From Albibacillus kandeliae (lineage in GTDB: Bacteria; Pseudomonadota; Alphaproteobacteria; Rhodobacterales; Rhodobacteraceae), in assembly GCF_003116585.1 (NCBI RefSeq), contig NZ_QEHM01000003.1, positions 24,916 to 48,915 of the forward strand: a stretch of 24,000 nt of DNA, given 5' to 3'. The notes under the pieces were generated by a model. That model did no database searches. It saw only the letters and a program-made list of their open reading frames with translations, and had not been told where the DNA came from. Below are positions 1-9,913 of this stretch, in pieces. The position numbers and the translations under genes are program-made. Each line of letters starts with the position of its first letter. Position 1 is the stretch's first letter.

Positions 1-149
1 ACGGTGAAGACCAAGTCTTTCTCTAGAATTTCGGAAACCTTACGAATTCTAACGCGAAAGATACGTCATGAAAATCTTTCAATTTCAGACAGATAGGCCA
101 GAGCAAGCCAGAGCAGAAACTTCGCCCCCACACTGACTGTTACGGCAGA

Positions 150-1274
150 TCAGGCGTTCCGGGCCGGATCGAACTGGTAGAGGCGCACTTTCTGCCCGCC
201 GTGATCCACCGTTCCGCCGATATCGCTCCAGGCAAGGCCGGTCGCCTTTGCCAACCCGCCGTCGGTGGTGATCATCCCGACCCGCCAGCCCCGGAACGCG
301 GTCTTCATCCGCTCGCCAAAGGCAGCGTAAAGTCCGAACAGCAGCTTGCGGTTGCCGATCCTGCCGCCATAGGGCGGGTTTACGATGACGATGCCCGGCT
401 CACCGTCCGGCGCCGCGGCCTCGCCGATGGGCGCCAGCGCGAACCGTGTCATCGCCGCGACGCCCGCACGCTCGGCGTTCGCCTCGCTCATGCGCACCGC
501 ACCGGCATCGCGGTCGGACCCGAAGAAGCGCGGCTCTCCCGACAGAGCCGCCGGCGCCGCGTCGCGCATCGCCTGCCAGCGCTCGGCATCGAACGAGGCC
601 AGCTGCTCGAAGGCAAAACTGCGCGCCCGCCCCGGCAGCAGCCCGGCGGCGATCTCGGCCGCCTCGATCACGAAAGTGCCAGAGCCGCACATGGGGTCAT
701 AGACCCGCTGGCTCCCGTCATAGCCGCAGGCGCGCAGGAACAGCGCCGCCAGCGTCTCGCGCATCGGCGCCTTGTTGACCTGCTGCTTGAGGCCGCGCTT
801 GTGCAGGCTCTCTCCCGAGGTATCGAGGCTCACGGTGCAGAGATCGTCCTCGATCCGCACCTTGATCACCATCGCCGCCTCGTGATGCACCGTCATCCCG
901 GCGGCCACCAGCGCGTTGTCGACCCGCTGGATCGCCGCGCCGTCATGGTAGATCCGCGACTTGCGACAGGTCGCCTCGACCCGCACCGGCACATCCGGGC
1001 GCAGCCATTCGGCCCAGGGCAGGCGCGAGGCCCGCTTGTCGAGCTGCGCAAGGTGCATGGCCCGGAAGGACGCCAGCCGGACCAGAACGCGGGTCGCGCC
1101 GCGCAGCGTCAGGTTGGCGCGCCACACCTCATCCCATCCGCCGCGCAGGGTCACGCCGCTGCGGTCCACCTTGGTCACGACAAAACCCGCCTCGCGCGCT
1201 TCGGCGGCCAGGAACTGCTCCAGCCCGGGCACCACGATCAGGAAGATCTCGAAATCGGTTTCGTTGTCGGACAT
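150..1274 (-). CDS. THUMP domain-containing class I SAM-dependent RNA methyltransferase (RlmL/YcbY N-terminal-like)
   Basis: ORF with THUMP-like N-terminus and MTase motifs 'DPMCGSGTFVIEAA' and 'IVNPPYGGRI'. Start chosen at MSDNETD, with an alternative at 1280. Confidence 0.9.
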   Translation of the reverse strand: MSDNETDFEIFLIVVPGLEQFLAAEAREAGFVVTKVDRSGVTLRGGWDEVWRANLTLRGATRVLVRLASFRAMHLAQLDKRASRLPWAEWLRPDVPVRVEATCRKSRIYHDGAAIQRVDNALVAAGMTVHHEAAMVIKVRIEDDLCTVSLDTSGESLHKRGLKQQVNKAPMRETLAALFLRACGYDGSQRVYDPMCGSGTFVIEAAEIAAGLLPGRARSFAFEQLASFDAERWQAMRDAAPAALSGEPRFFGSDRDAGAVRMSEANAERAGVAAMTRFALAPIGEAAAPDGEPGIVIVNPPYGGRIGNRKLLFGLYAAFGERMKTAFRGWRVGMITTDGGLAKATGLAWSDIGGTVDHGGQKVRLYQFDPARNA

Positions 1275-1299
1275 GACCACAGCCTGTCGGAAGGGGAGA

Positions 1300-1334
1300 T
1301 AAAAAGAAACCGCCCCCGGCAGAACCGGAGGCGG
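1300..1334 (-). terminator. Rho-independent terminator downstream of rpsO
   Basis: On the minus strand: CCGCCTCCGG-TTCTG-CCGGGGGCGG followed by TTTCTTTTT. This is a 10-bp stem with one G-T wobble. Confidence 0.8.
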
Positions 1335-1358
1335 CTTGAACTCGAATCCGGGCGCGTC

Positions 1359-1628
1359 TTAGCGGCGCAGGCCCAGGCGGCCGATCAGGTCCTGATAGCG
1401 CGATTCGTCCTTGGCTTTGACGTAGTCCAGCAGCTTGCGGCGCTGAGCGACGAGCTTCAGCAGGCCACGGCGGCCGTGGTTGTCCTTCTTGTGCACTTTG
1501 AAGTGCTCGGTCAGGGTGGCGATCCGCGAGGACAGGATTGCAACCTGGACTTCCGGCGAACCGGTGTCGCCGTCCTTGGTCGCGTATTCCTTCATCAGGC
1601 GGTTCTTTTCTTCAGCCGTAATCGACAT
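1359..1628 (-). CDS. rpsO: 30S ribosomal protein S15
   Basis: 89 aa; '[71 protein letters not shown]' is diagnostic. Confidence 0.98.
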   Translation of the reverse strand: MSITAEEKNRLMKEYATKDGDTGSPEVQVAILSSRIATLTEHFKVHKKDNHGRRGLLKLVAQRRKLLDYVKAKDESRYQDLIGRLGLRR

Positions 1629-1778
1629 CGGGGTCTCCTTTACAGGTTAGAGTGGATGGCGCAGGCCGGGATGTCGTCCAGCACAGGCCCGTGGAGAATG
1701 TCCGGACGGAATGATTCCCGCGCGGATCGGGGGCGTATAGGCGGAAAGAACGTGAAACGCAAAGGGATTCGCGCGCGG

Positions 1779-2285
1779 CTAGGCCCAGGGCTCCGGCTGG
1801 TGCCGGTAGGCGATGTAGAGCGGGTGGCGCGGATGCCCCTCCTTCGATAGCCCGAGGTGAAACAGCGGCACGCCCGCGCCCCGCAGCATGTCGGCCACCG
1901 CCGGCCCACGGCCCATGTGCGCCCCGTGAGTGCCCCAGCCCGCGACCACCCGGTCGGCCCAGGCCGCCCCCTCCAGCAGAAAGGCGTCGTTCTCGCCGCC
2001 GATGGGCTCCGCCGCGCGCCGCATGGTCATCGGGTCGGTTTCGCGCCAGGCAAAGATATTGGTGACCCGGAACGCGCCAAAACCCAGCGCCCGCGCCCGC
2101 CGCTCGCACCGCTCGACGGTGGGGTCGTTCTGAACCTCGGTCGCCTTCGACGGGTTCAGCATCACGAACATCACCCTCTGTCCCTCCGGGTCCCAGGTGC
2201 GCGTCAGGCTGTAGCGATAGCACTCGCAGTCCGAGTAGACGGCCACCGAGGGCGCATCGCCCTTGATATGCGAGCGCGTGATCAC
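1779..2285 (-). CDS. DUF1643 domain-containing protein
   Basis: Contains 'VMFVMLNPSKATEVQNDPTVERCERRARALGFGAFRVTNIFAWRETDP' and 'AGWGTHG'. Likely GTG start at 2285, just upstream of SHIKGDAP. Confidence 0.82.
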   Translation of the reverse strand: MITRSHIKGDAPSVAVYSDCECYRYSLTRTWDPEGQRVMFVMLNPSKATEVQNDPTVERCERRARALGFGAFRVTNIFAWRETDPMTMRRAAEPIGGENDAFLLEGAAWADRVVAGWGTHGAHMGRGPAVADMLRGAGVPLFHLGLSKEGHPRHPLYIAYRHQPEPWA

Positions 2286-2289
2286 GTTT

Positions 2290-3189
2290 TCAGAGGTTGA
2301 ACACCCGGCTGGGATGCAATTCGCCCGCCTTGAAGATACCCACGGCGACCGCGCGGCCCTCGTAAGAGGCCCAGCATTCCTCGCCGTATTCAACGTCGTG
2401 CGCGATCACCATGCCCGGGTTGCCGTTGCGCAGGCGCGCCGCGCCCTCGGGGGTGCATTTCACCTCCGGCAGGTCGGCAAGGCCCAGCTCCAGCGGCAGC
2501 AGGTGCTCGTCCAGCTCGGGGCTGTGCGCCATCTGCTCCACCTGCTCCATCGTCAGGCCGTTCTCGGCCTCGAACGGCCCGGACCAGATCCGGCGCAGCC
2601 GGACGACATGCGCGTGGCAGCCCAGCGCCGCGCCGAGGTCGCGGGCGATCGAACGGACATACCCGCCCTTGCCGCAGGTCATCTCCAGCGTCACATGGTC
2701 GGCGTCGGGGCGGTCGGTCAGCAGCAGCTCCTCGACCCAGAGCGGGCGGGCCGCGAGCTCCATCTCCTCGCCATCACGGGCGCGCTTGTAGGCACGTTCG
2801 CCGTCGATCTTGACCGCCGAGAACTGCGGCGGAACCTGCATGATGTCGCCGATGAACTGGCCGAGCGCGGCCTTGATCTCGTCATCCGAGGGGCGCAGGT
2901 CGCTCTCGGCGATCACCTCGCCCTCGGCGTCGTCGGTATTGGTCGCCTGCCCCAGACGCACGGTAAAGGCATAGGCCTTCAGCGCGTCGGTCACATAAGG
3001 CACCGTCTTGGTCGCCTCGCCCAGCGCGACGGCCAGAACGCCCGTCGCCTCGGGGTCGAGCGTACCCGCATGGCCCGCCTTCTTCGCGCCAAGCGCCCAG
3101 CGGACCTTGTTCACCACCGCGGTAGAGGTCGGCCCGGCCGGTTTGTCGATCACCAGCCACCCGGAAATGTTGCGCCCTTTGCGTGCCAT
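2290..3189 (-). CDS. truB: tRNA pseudouridine(55) synthase TruB
   Basis: '[52 protein letters not shown]' is the TruB catalytic region. Start trimmed to MARKGRN at 3189. Confidence 0.97.
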   Translation of the reverse strand: MARKGRNISGWLVIDKPAGPTSTAVVNKVRWALGAKKAGHAGTLDPEATGVLAVALGEATKTVPYVTDALKAYAFTVRLGQATNTDDAEGEVIAESDLRPSDDEIKAALGQFIGDIMQVPPQFSAVKIDGERAYKRARDGEEMELAARPLWVEELLLTDRPDADHVTLEMTCGKGGYVRSIARDLGAALGCHAHVVRLRRIWSGPFEAENGLTMEQVEQMAHSPELDEHLLPLELGLADLPEVKCTPEGAARLRNGNPGMVIAHDVEYGEECWASYEGRAVAVGIFKAGELHPSRVFNL

Positions 3190-3250
3190 GTCGCCCTTAT
3201 ACCACCGTCTGTTCTGCAGGTGGCGCGTTATACGGCCCGGCGCGGCTGGG

Positions 3251-4264
3251 TCAACCGGGGGCGAGCAGCTCTCTCGCGACCGGCGCTTTTGCGACGACGC
3301 GACGGTAATAGCCCGCATTCACCAGCGGAGCAGCAGGCACCGGTGCGCGCCCCATGATCGCGCGCACCGAATCCAGCGCCTCCGCGGTCAGCCCCGACAT
3401 CGCCACCTGCCCCGGCCAGAACGTCTCGCACGGCAGCATCTCGGCCAGGATCACCGTGTGGCGCGCCGTCACGAGGTGAACGTAGTCGACATGGCCCAAC
3501 CCCTCGACCACCGCGACCCCCGCAAGGTCAAGCAGGGCGTGGGCCGGAACCAGCACCCCCGCCAGCGGCAGATAGATCCGGTGCTGCCGCGACACGGTCA
3601 GGTCGCGCGCCGGCCGCCCCTCGCCCAGCGCACCCGCCGAAATCCGCACCGGCGCGAGGCCCGGCCGGTCGGTCGGCGTCACCCGGCTGGCGATCACCAG
3701 CCCCACCGCCGCCACCCCGCCCAGCGCCTGCACCAGACTGTCCCCGGGCCGCAGCCGCGCGGCCTCCACCTCGCCCCTGTCGGTCAGGATCCGCGTGCGC
3801 GCCTCGAAACAGGCCGGGGTCGAGGTGGCATAGGCATTCACCCCTTGCCCGTAGTCGTAGGCGGCCACCACCGTCAGCGGCTCATTCCACGGCGGCATCG
3901 CCCCCTGCACCACGAACCCATAGGCGGTAAAGGCATCCTCGTTCAGCGTCACGACCTGCAGCGTGTAGGAGTTGCCCAGCGAATCCTCCACCAGCAGGTG
4001 GTATTCGGATTCGATGATGGTTCCGGTGGGAAAGAACCCGCCCCCGATGGTGTAATCGCCCGCCAGCGTCTGCCCGGTCGAGGCATCATCATCAAAGCTG
4101 CTGTCAGCTGTATCCAGCACCGAAACCGCCTGCGAGGTCGCGTCGGGCGCGATGGTCACCGTGTCGACGCCCAGGGCGAAATGGTAGCCGCCATTGTCGT
4201 CGAACCCGGTGGCCGAGGTCGAGATATGGTCGAGGTCAAAGACGTTCAGGCTGTAGACGGGCAA
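3251..4264 (-). CDS. Hint (Hedgehog/intein-like) domain-containing protein
   Basis: Central Hint signature '[28 protein letters not shown]', then '[11 protein letters not shown]' and '[27 protein letters not shown]'. N-terminal ~150 aa unrecognised. Confidence 0.85.
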   Translation of the reverse strand: MPVYSLNVFDLDHISTSATGFDDNGGYHFALGVDTVTIAPDATSQAVSVLDTADSSFDDDASTGQTLAGDYTIGGGFFPTGTIIESEYHLLVEDSLGNSYTLQVVTLNEDAFTAYGFVVQGAMPPWNEPLTVVAAYDYGQGVNAYATSTPACFEARTRILTDRGEVEAARLRPGDSLVQALGGVAAVGLVIASRVTPTDRPGLAPVRISAGALGEGRPARDLTVSRQHRIYLPLAGVLVPAHALLDLAGVAVVEGLGHVDYVHLVTARHTVILAEMLPCETFWPGQVAMSGLTAEALDSVRAIMGRAPVPAAPLVNAGYYRRVVAKAPVARELLAPG

Positions 4265-4342
4265 GGCCAGCTCTCCTGCGGACGGGCCGCAGAGTGGCGC
4301 AAAGCCGTTGAGATAGGGTTACCGGCCGATTTCGGCCCTCAC

Positions 4343-5080
4343 CTACCTGGGGGTGACAATCCCCACCACGGGCCCCAGCGCGAAACCCCCGTCGCTCCGC
4401 CCCAGCTCCGGCGCATAAAGGCGCGAGATGTTGCCGTCGAAATAGAGCGCACTGTCGATGCCCAGCCCGTCGCGGAACAGCCGACCGAACTCGTGAAAGG
4501 TCACCGCGTTGCGCGAAATGGCAAAGACCACCCGCTTGCCCTCCGGCCCGGTCCCGACGCCGTTGCGCACGTAGCGCGAGGTACTGTCAGGCAGGAACCG
4601 GGGGTGCAGTTCGCCCTTGATCACCAGCATCGGCCCCGATTGCGTCGCGAACCGGCAGGCAGGCTTCTGCGCGAGGTACGTAAGCGTCTCGAACACGTCG
4701 GCGCGCCCCTCGCGGATGCAGAAGACCCCGTTGGGCACCATCCCGAAGTTCCCGGGCCCCGGGTCCGCCACCGCCCCCTTCAGCTCCACCCCGTTCTCGA
4801 CGTAAAGCCCCACGGGCGACCGGTCCGAATGGTACATCCCCGCGTTCATCGCAAAGATCAGCTGCTCGCCGTTCTCGCCCAGAACCCCGTCGATCGCGCC
4901 GAACTGGCCAAGGACGTTGTTCTGCGGGCCATAGAGGAACAGGCGCAGGTCTTCCGAACCCGCGTCGGCCTCGCAGACCGTGTAGCGGTTCTGTTCAAAG
5001 GCGATGTTCTTGCAATCCACCGCCTGCGCCTGCGAAGCCGCGCCCAGCAGGGCGCATGCAACCGCCAGAGCGCGGATCAC
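4343..5080 (-). CDS. phosphodiester glycosidase family (DUF2233/NAGPA-like) secreted protein
   Basis: 245 aa with signal peptide '[18 protein letters not shown]', plus '[22 protein letters not shown]', '[12 protein letters not shown]', '[23 protein letters not shown]'. GTG start overlaps the rbfA stop (GTGA). Confidence 0.85.
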   Translation of the reverse strand: MIRALAVACALLGAASQAQAVDCKNIAFEQNRYTVCEADAGSEDLRLFLYGPQNNVLGQFGAIDGVLGENGEQLIFAMNAGMYHSDRSPVGLYVENGVELKGAVADPGPGNFGMVPNGVFCIREGRADVFETLTYLAQKPACRFATQSGPMLVIKGELHPRFLPDSTSRYVRNGVGTGPEGKRVVFAISRNAVTFHEFGRLFRDGLGIDSALYFDGNISRLYAPELGRSDGGFALGPVVGIVTPR

Positions 5081-5472
5081 TGGTCCAGGTCCCGGCGGAC
5101 CGCCTCCTGATCGAACAGGCGGCGCGTGTCGTCCATCCTGTCGAAGGTCTCGTCCAGCTGGAACCGCAGCTCCGGCGCGAACTTCAGCTGCAACTTCTTG
5201 CCGACGACTCGGCGCAGCTCGCTCCGGTTGCGTTTCAGCAGGTCCAGCACCTCGTCCTGCCCGCGCCCGCCCAGCGGCAGCACGTAGACCATCGCGACCT
5301 TGAGGTCGGGCGAGGTCCGCACTTCGCCGACGGTGATCGACAGGCGGTTCAGTTCGGGGTCGTGAATATCTCCGCGCGCCAGCACCTCCGAGAGGGTGCG
5401 GCGGATCAGTTCGCCGACGCGAAGCTGGCGCTGGGACGGTCCGGGACCGTCATGAAATCGGTTCTTTGCCAT
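5077..5472 (-). CDS. rbfA: 30S ribosome-binding factor RbfA
   Basis: '[57 protein letters not shown]' is typical RbfA. Confidence 0.95.
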   Translation of the reverse strand: MAKNRFHDGPGPSQRQLRVGELIRRTLSEVLARGDIHDPELNRLSITVGEVRTSPDLKVAMVYVLPLGGRGQDEVLDLLKRNRSELRRVVGKKLQLKFAPELRFQLDETFDRMDDTRRLFDQEAVRRDLDQ

Positions 5473-5557
5473 GTCCCGGATCTAAGCCCTCAGCGAGGCT
5501 TTGCCAAGCGGGGCCGGAACGGGTATCTGGCGGCAAGCAGGAAAAGGAAGACCGACA

Positions 5558-6367
5558 ATGACCAACCTTCCCGGAATCGTCGTCACCGGCGGCTCGGGCC
5601 GCATGGGCCAGATGCTGATCCGCACCATCACCGAAAGCGACCGCGCCAAGCTGGTCGGCGTGGTGGAGCGCAAGGGACACGGTTGGGTCGGCAAGGACAT
5701 CGGCACCATGATGGGCGGGGCGGAACTGGGCGTTCTGGTCACCGACGACCCGCTCGAGGCCTTTGCCCGCGCGCAGGCCGTCATCGACTTCACCGCGCCC
5801 GAGGCGACGCTGGAATTCGCCGCGCTCGCCGCGCAGGCCCGGGCCGTACACGTCATCGGCACCACCGGCATGACCGAAGAGCAGATCGCCAAGCTGGAAC
5901 CCGCCTCGCGCCACGCGGTGATCATCCGAGCGGGCAACATGAGCCTCGGGGTGAACCTGCTGACGCAGCTGACCAGAAAGGTCGCCGCGGCGCTGGACGA
6001 GGATTTCGACATCGAGGTGATCGAGTCCCACCACCATCACAAGGTCGATGCCCCCTCGGGCACCGCGCTGATGCTGGGCGAGGCCGCCGCCGAGGGCCGC
6101 GGCGTGTCGCTCAAGGACATGTCGGACCGCGGCCGCGACGGTATTACCGGCGCGCGCAGCAGGGGTCACATCGGTTTCTCGGCAATCCGCGGCGGCGACG
6201 TGGTGGGCGAACACGACGTGATGTTCCTCGGCGCAGGAGAGCGGATCATCCTGCGCCACGTGGCAACCGACCGGGGCATCTTCGCCCGCGGCGCGCTCAA
6301 GGCCGCCCTCTGGGGCCAGGGCAAGGCGCCGGGTCAGTACGACATGGCAGACGTCCTGGGCTTCTGA
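5558..6367 (+). CDS. dapB: 4-hydroxy-tetrahydrodipicolinate reductase
   Basis: '[18 protein letters not shown]' (NAD(P) binding), '[27 protein letters not shown]' (catalytic DapB motif). Start trimmed to MTNLPG. Confidence 0.96.
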   Translation: MTNLPGIVVTGGSGRMGQMLIRTITESDRAKLVGVVERKGHGWVGKDIGTMMGGAELGVLVTDDPLEAFARAQAVIDFTAPEATLEFAALAAQARAVHVIGTTGMTEEQIAKLEPASRHAVIIRAGNMSLGVNLLTQLTRKVAAALDEDFDIEVIESHHHHKVDAPSGTALMLGEAAAEGRGVSLKDMSDRGRDGITGARSRGHIGFSAIRGGDVVGEHDVMFLGAGERIILRHVATDRGIFARGALKAALWGQGKAPGQYDMADVLGF

Positions 6368-6389
6368 GACCCCGCCGCGCTCCCGCGCA

Positions 6390-6595
6390 GCACATCTCCC
6401 CACGTCCCGGCCGAAGAGCCGGGACCTCGAGCCAAACTCAACCCCCTCAGCATCTACCCCCGGGGCCCCGGCGCAGGGGCCGGGGCGGAACATATCTCCC
6501 CATCGGCCCGGGCGCGGGGCCCACGGCGGAACACGTTTCCCACCGCCCCGGCCTCGCGCCGGGGCCCCGATCCAAACTCGCAACACCCCCTCACA
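6390..6595. repeat. Imperfect repeats of a hairpin-containing unit in the dapB to lipoprotein intergenic region
   Basis: Shared 'RR(A)ACAYRTYTCCCCA' then a GC hairpin at 6389-6423, 6487-6521 and 6529-6565. Tail 'GAxCCAAACTC(G)CAACxCCCCTCA' is shared by copies 1 and 3. Confidence 0.65.
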
Positions 6596-6661
6596 ACACC
6601 CCAAAACCCCCGCACGAGACCAAACCGGAGCATGGCGCCGTCTCCCGACGCCCTCACCGCC

Positions 6662-7354
6662 TCACAACGGCTTGTTCTGAATGATCTGCGCCACCATCGC
6701 GCCGATCTTGGCGCTGGCCTTCATCGAGGGGTGAACCATGTCGAGCGCATGGTAGGAATGGTCGCCATAGGGCACCAGCTTGGCCAGCGACACGAAGGTC
6801 ACGCCCTCGTCCCTGCGCGCCATCGCCGTCAGGCGGCGGTCGAGTTCGTCCCCCTCGTCGCGGCAATGTTCGATTGGAGAGCCCATGCCGGGGCTGCGCA
6901 GGTACCCGAGGTATACGACCCGCGCGCCCGTCGCGCGGACCTTGCGCACCAGCGCCGGGATCTCGCCCGAGGCCCCGTCCTTGGAAATCATCTTGTCCAT
7001 CTTGTGATCGCAGCGGCTGCAGTTGCAGCCCAGCCAGAGATCGTTGCCGCCGCCGTTCACGATGACCCAGTCCCATGCGCCGGGCTTGTACTGCTTCGAG
7101 ATGTTCATCCCCATCGCGCCCGACACCGGGAGTTCGTAGATCATCCGCGCGCCCACCACCGAGCGGTCGACCACCGGCTCGCCCAGGTCGCGCTCGATTT
7201 CGTCCGAGATCGAGCGGTTGCTGGAGGAATGCCAGGCCAGCATCGAATCCCCCATCGCGAGGATCCGCGCGTCACCGCCGCCCGAGCTGATGGTTTCGCC
7301 GCATCCGGCCAATGCGAACAACGCCGCGAAAAGACAAAGAAAGACCCGTGTCAC
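6662..7354 (-). CDS. SGNH/GDSL hydrolase family lipoprotein
   Basis: Lipobox 'LFALAGCGE', GDS-like 'LAMGDSMLAWHSS', 'VINGGGNDLW' and 'DMVHPS' SGNH blocks. Confidence 0.85.
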   Translation of the reverse strand: MTRVFLCLFAALFALAGCGETISSGGGDARILAMGDSMLAWHSSSNRSISDEIERDLGEPVVDRSVVGARMIYELPVSGAMGMNISKQYKPGAWDWVIVNGGGNDLWLGCNCSRCDHKMDKMISKDGASGEIPALVRKVRATGARVVYLGYLRSPGMGSPIEHCRDEGDELDRRLTAMARRDEGVTFVSLAKLVPYGDHSYHALDMVHPSMKASAKIGAMVAQIIQNKPL

Positions 7355-7691
7355 CTGGTGCCCCGTCCCTGAAAATCAGTTGAACCTGTCAAGCGGCACC
7401 CCCTGTGCCGCGCCACAGTCTGACCCCGCGAAGACGGCATCAATATGTTCCGCGCGTGGAAAAACCGGACCTCCCGGGGCTCCTCCCCTCTGCGCGCCAA
7501 GCTGCCGAGATTTGAAAATCCGAGAACACGTGTTTCCAAAATGGCCAAATACGTGTATGGGCGCAGAATCTGAAACGTGGCACGCAGACCCCCGCGCCGT
7601 GAAGTGAATGATGAATGGGGTCGGCGGCAATGGGGCCGCCATGCAAACGGGCACTCGGAACGCCGAGCCAGGCCCACATATGGATACGATG

Positions 7692-9824
7692 ATGTTCAAC
7701 GTAACGAAGAAGAGCATGCAATGGGGCGAGGAAACCCTCACCCTGGAGACGGGCAAGGTTGCCCGTCAGGCAGACGGCACCGTGATCGCTACCCTGGGTG
7801 AGACCAGCGTGATGGCGAACGTGACCTTCGCCAAGGAACCGAAACCCGGCCAGGATTTCTTTCCCCTGACCGTTCATTATCAAGAGAAATATTACGCGGC
7901 CGGTAAAATCCCGGGTGGCTTCTTCAAGCGCGAAGCACGCCCCACCGAGAAAGAAACCCTGACCGCGCGTCTGATTGACCGTCCGATCCGCCCGCTGTTC
8001 GTCCCCGGCTTCAAGCATGAAGTTCTGGTGATGTGCACCGTGCTGAGCCACGACCTCGTCAACGATCCCGACGTCGTCGCGATGATCGCGGCCTCGGCCG
8101 CCCTGACCATCTCCGGCGTGCCCTTCCGCGGCCCGATCGCCGGCTGCCGCGTCGGCTTCGAGGATGGCGAGTACATCCTGAACCCGACCGTCGACGACAT
8201 GCAGGACCTCCGCCTGAACCCGGAGCAGCGTCTCGACCTCGTCGTCGCCGGCACCAAGGACGCCGTGATGATGGTGGAATCGGAAGCCTACGAGCTGACC
8301 GAAGCCGAGATGCTGGGCGCCGTGACCTTCGCGCACGAGCAGATCCAGCCGGTGATCGACCTGATCATCGACCTGGCCGAAGACGCCGCCAAGGAGCCCT
8401 TCGACTTCCACGCGCCGGACTACTCCGCGCTCTACGACGTCGTTAAGGCCGCTGGCGAAGACAAGATGCGCGCCGCCTACGCGATCACCGACAAGCAGGA
8501 GCGCGTTGCCGCTGTTGCCGCCGTCAAGGAAGAGATCAAGTCGGGCCTGACCGAAGAGCAACTGGAAGACGCGAACCTCGGTTCCGCGCTCAAGAAGCTG
8601 GAATCGGTCGTCCTGCGCGGCTCGGTCGTCAAGGAAGGCAAGCGGATCGACGGTCGTGCCCTCGACCAGATCCGTCCGATCGTCGCGGAAACCGGCCTGC
8701 TGCCGCGGACCCACGGCTCGGCGCTGTTCACCCGTGGCGAAACCCAGGGTCTGGTTGTCACCACCCTCGGCACCGGCGACGACGAGCAGTTCATCGACGC
8801 CCTGCACGGCAACTTCAAATCGAACTTCCTGCTGCACTACAACTTCCCGCCGTACTCGGTCGGTGAAGTTGGCCGCGTGGGCTCGCCCGGCCGCCGTGAA
8901 ATCGGCCACGGCAAGCTCGCATGGCGCGCCCTGCAGGCCGTTCTGCCCGCGCCGACCGACTTCCCCTACACCATTCGCGTGGTGTCGGAGATCACCGAGT
9001 CGAACGGCTCCTCCTCGATGGCCTCCGTCTGCGGCGGCTCGCTCTCGATGATGGACGCAGGCGTTCCGCTGAAAGCACCGGTTGCCGGTGTGGCAATGGG
9101 CCTCGTGCTGGAAGACGACGGTTCCTACGCGGTCCTGTCGGACATCCTGGGTGACGAAGACCACCTCGGCGACATGGACTTCAAGGTCGCTGGCACCGAG
9201 AACGGCATCACCTCGCTGCAGATGGACATCAAGGTCGCGGGCATCACCCCCGAGATCATGGAAAAGGCACTGGCTCAGGCCAAGGCCGGCCGCCTGCACA
9301 TCCTGGGCGAGATGAACAAGGCGCTGTCCGGCGTCGGCGAATTCTCGATCCACGCACCGCGCATCGAAACGATGACCGTTCCCACCGACAAGATCCGCGA
9401 AGTGATCGGCTCGGGCGGCAAGGTCATCCGCGAGATCGTGGAAGTGTCGGGCGCCAAGGTCGACATCAACGACGACGGCGTGATCAAGATCGCCTCGCCG
9501 AACGCCGAAGCCATCCAGAAGGCCCACGACATGATCTACGCGATCGTGGCCGAGCCGGAAGAAGGCGGGGTCTACAAGGGCAAGGTCGTGAAGATCGTCG
9601 ACTTCGGCGCCTTCGTGAACTTCTTCGGCAAGCGTGACGGCCTCGTGCACGTCAGCCAGATCGAGAACCGCCGCCTGAACCATCCGTCGGATGTGCTCAA
9701 GGAAGGCCAGGAAGTCTGGGTCAAGCTGCTCGGCTTCGACGATCGCGGCAAGGTGCGCCTGTCGATGAAAGTCGTCGACCAGGAGACCGGCGAAGAAGCC
9801 CAGAAAGAAGACGCAGCCGAGTAA
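7692..9824 (+). CDS. pnp: polyribonucleotide nucleotidyltransferase (PNPase)
   Basis: '[31 protein letters not shown]', '[38 protein letters not shown]', KH '[15 protein letters not shown]', and S1 '[15 protein letters not shown]'. Confidence 0.98.
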   Translation: MFNVTKKSMQWGEETLTLETGKVARQADGTVIATLGETSVMANVTFAKEPKPGQDFFPLTVHYQEKYYAAGKIPGGFFKREARPTEKETLTARLIDRPIRPLFVPGFKHEVLVMCTVLSHDLVNDPDVVAMIAASAALTISGVPFRGPIAGCRVGFEDGEYILNPTVDDMQDLRLNPEQRLDLVVAGTKDAVMMVESEAYELTEAEMLGAVTFAHEQIQPVIDLIIDLAEDAAKEPFDFHAPDYSALYDVVKAAGEDKMRAAYAITDKQERVAAVAAVKEEIKSGLTEEQLEDANLGSALKKLESVVLRGSVVKEGKRIDGRALDQIRPIVAETGLLPRTHGSALFTRGETQGLVVTTLGTGDDEQFIDALHGNFKSNFLLHYNFPPYSVGEVGRVGSPGRREIGHGKLAWRALQAVLPAPTDFPYTIRVVSEITESNGSSSMASVCGGSLSMMDAGVPLKAPVAGVAMGLVLEDDGSYAVLSDILGDEDHLGDMDFKVAGTENGITSLQMDIKVAGITPEIMEKALAQAKAGRLHILGEMNKALSGVGEFSIHAPRIETMTVPTDKIREVIGSGGKVIREIVEVSGAKVDINDDGVIKIASPNAEAIQKAHDMIYAIVAEPEEGGVYKGKVVKIVDFGAFVNFFGKRDGLVHVSQIENRRLNHPSDVLKEGQEVWVKLLGFDDRGKVRLSMKVVDQETGEEAQKEDAAE

Positions 9825-9836
9825 TCTCGGCGCCAG

Positions 9837-9869
9837 CGGCCCGCACCACGGTGCGGGCCGTTTCCTTTT
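9837..9869 (+). terminator. Intrinsic terminator downstream of pnp
   Basis: CGGCCCGCAC-CACG-GTGCGGGCCG perfect 10-bp stem followed by TTTCCTTTT. Confidence 0.85.
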
Positions 9870-9913
9870 CGGCGGAACCAGCAAACAAGCGGCACGCGAG
9901 TGTCGGGAACTCC

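Noticed and set aside
201-1850. 549-aa plus-strand ORF antisense to the methyltransferase and rpsO
   Set aside because: Lies opposite two clearly identified genes; low-complexity R/G/H-rich translation typical of high-GC shadow ORFs.
4322-4336. GGCCGATTTCGGCC hairpin between the Hint and glycosidase genes
   Set aside because: Short GC hairpin without a T tract on either strand in a GC-rich spacer; not convincing as a terminator or regulator.
3008-5110. 700-aa plus-strand ORF antisense to truB, Hint and glycosidase genes
   Set aside because: Spans the antisense of three genuine genes and their gaps; composition typical of a shadow frame.
7351-7677. 108-aa minus-strand ORF between the lipoprotein gene and pnp
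   Set aside because: Sits in the pnp upstream region, has non-protein-like composition and no recognisable family.
7440-9884. 814-aa minus-strand ORF opposite pnp
   Set aside because: Exact antisense of a highly confident pnp; periodic H/V/D/L-rich translation is a GC-skew artefact.
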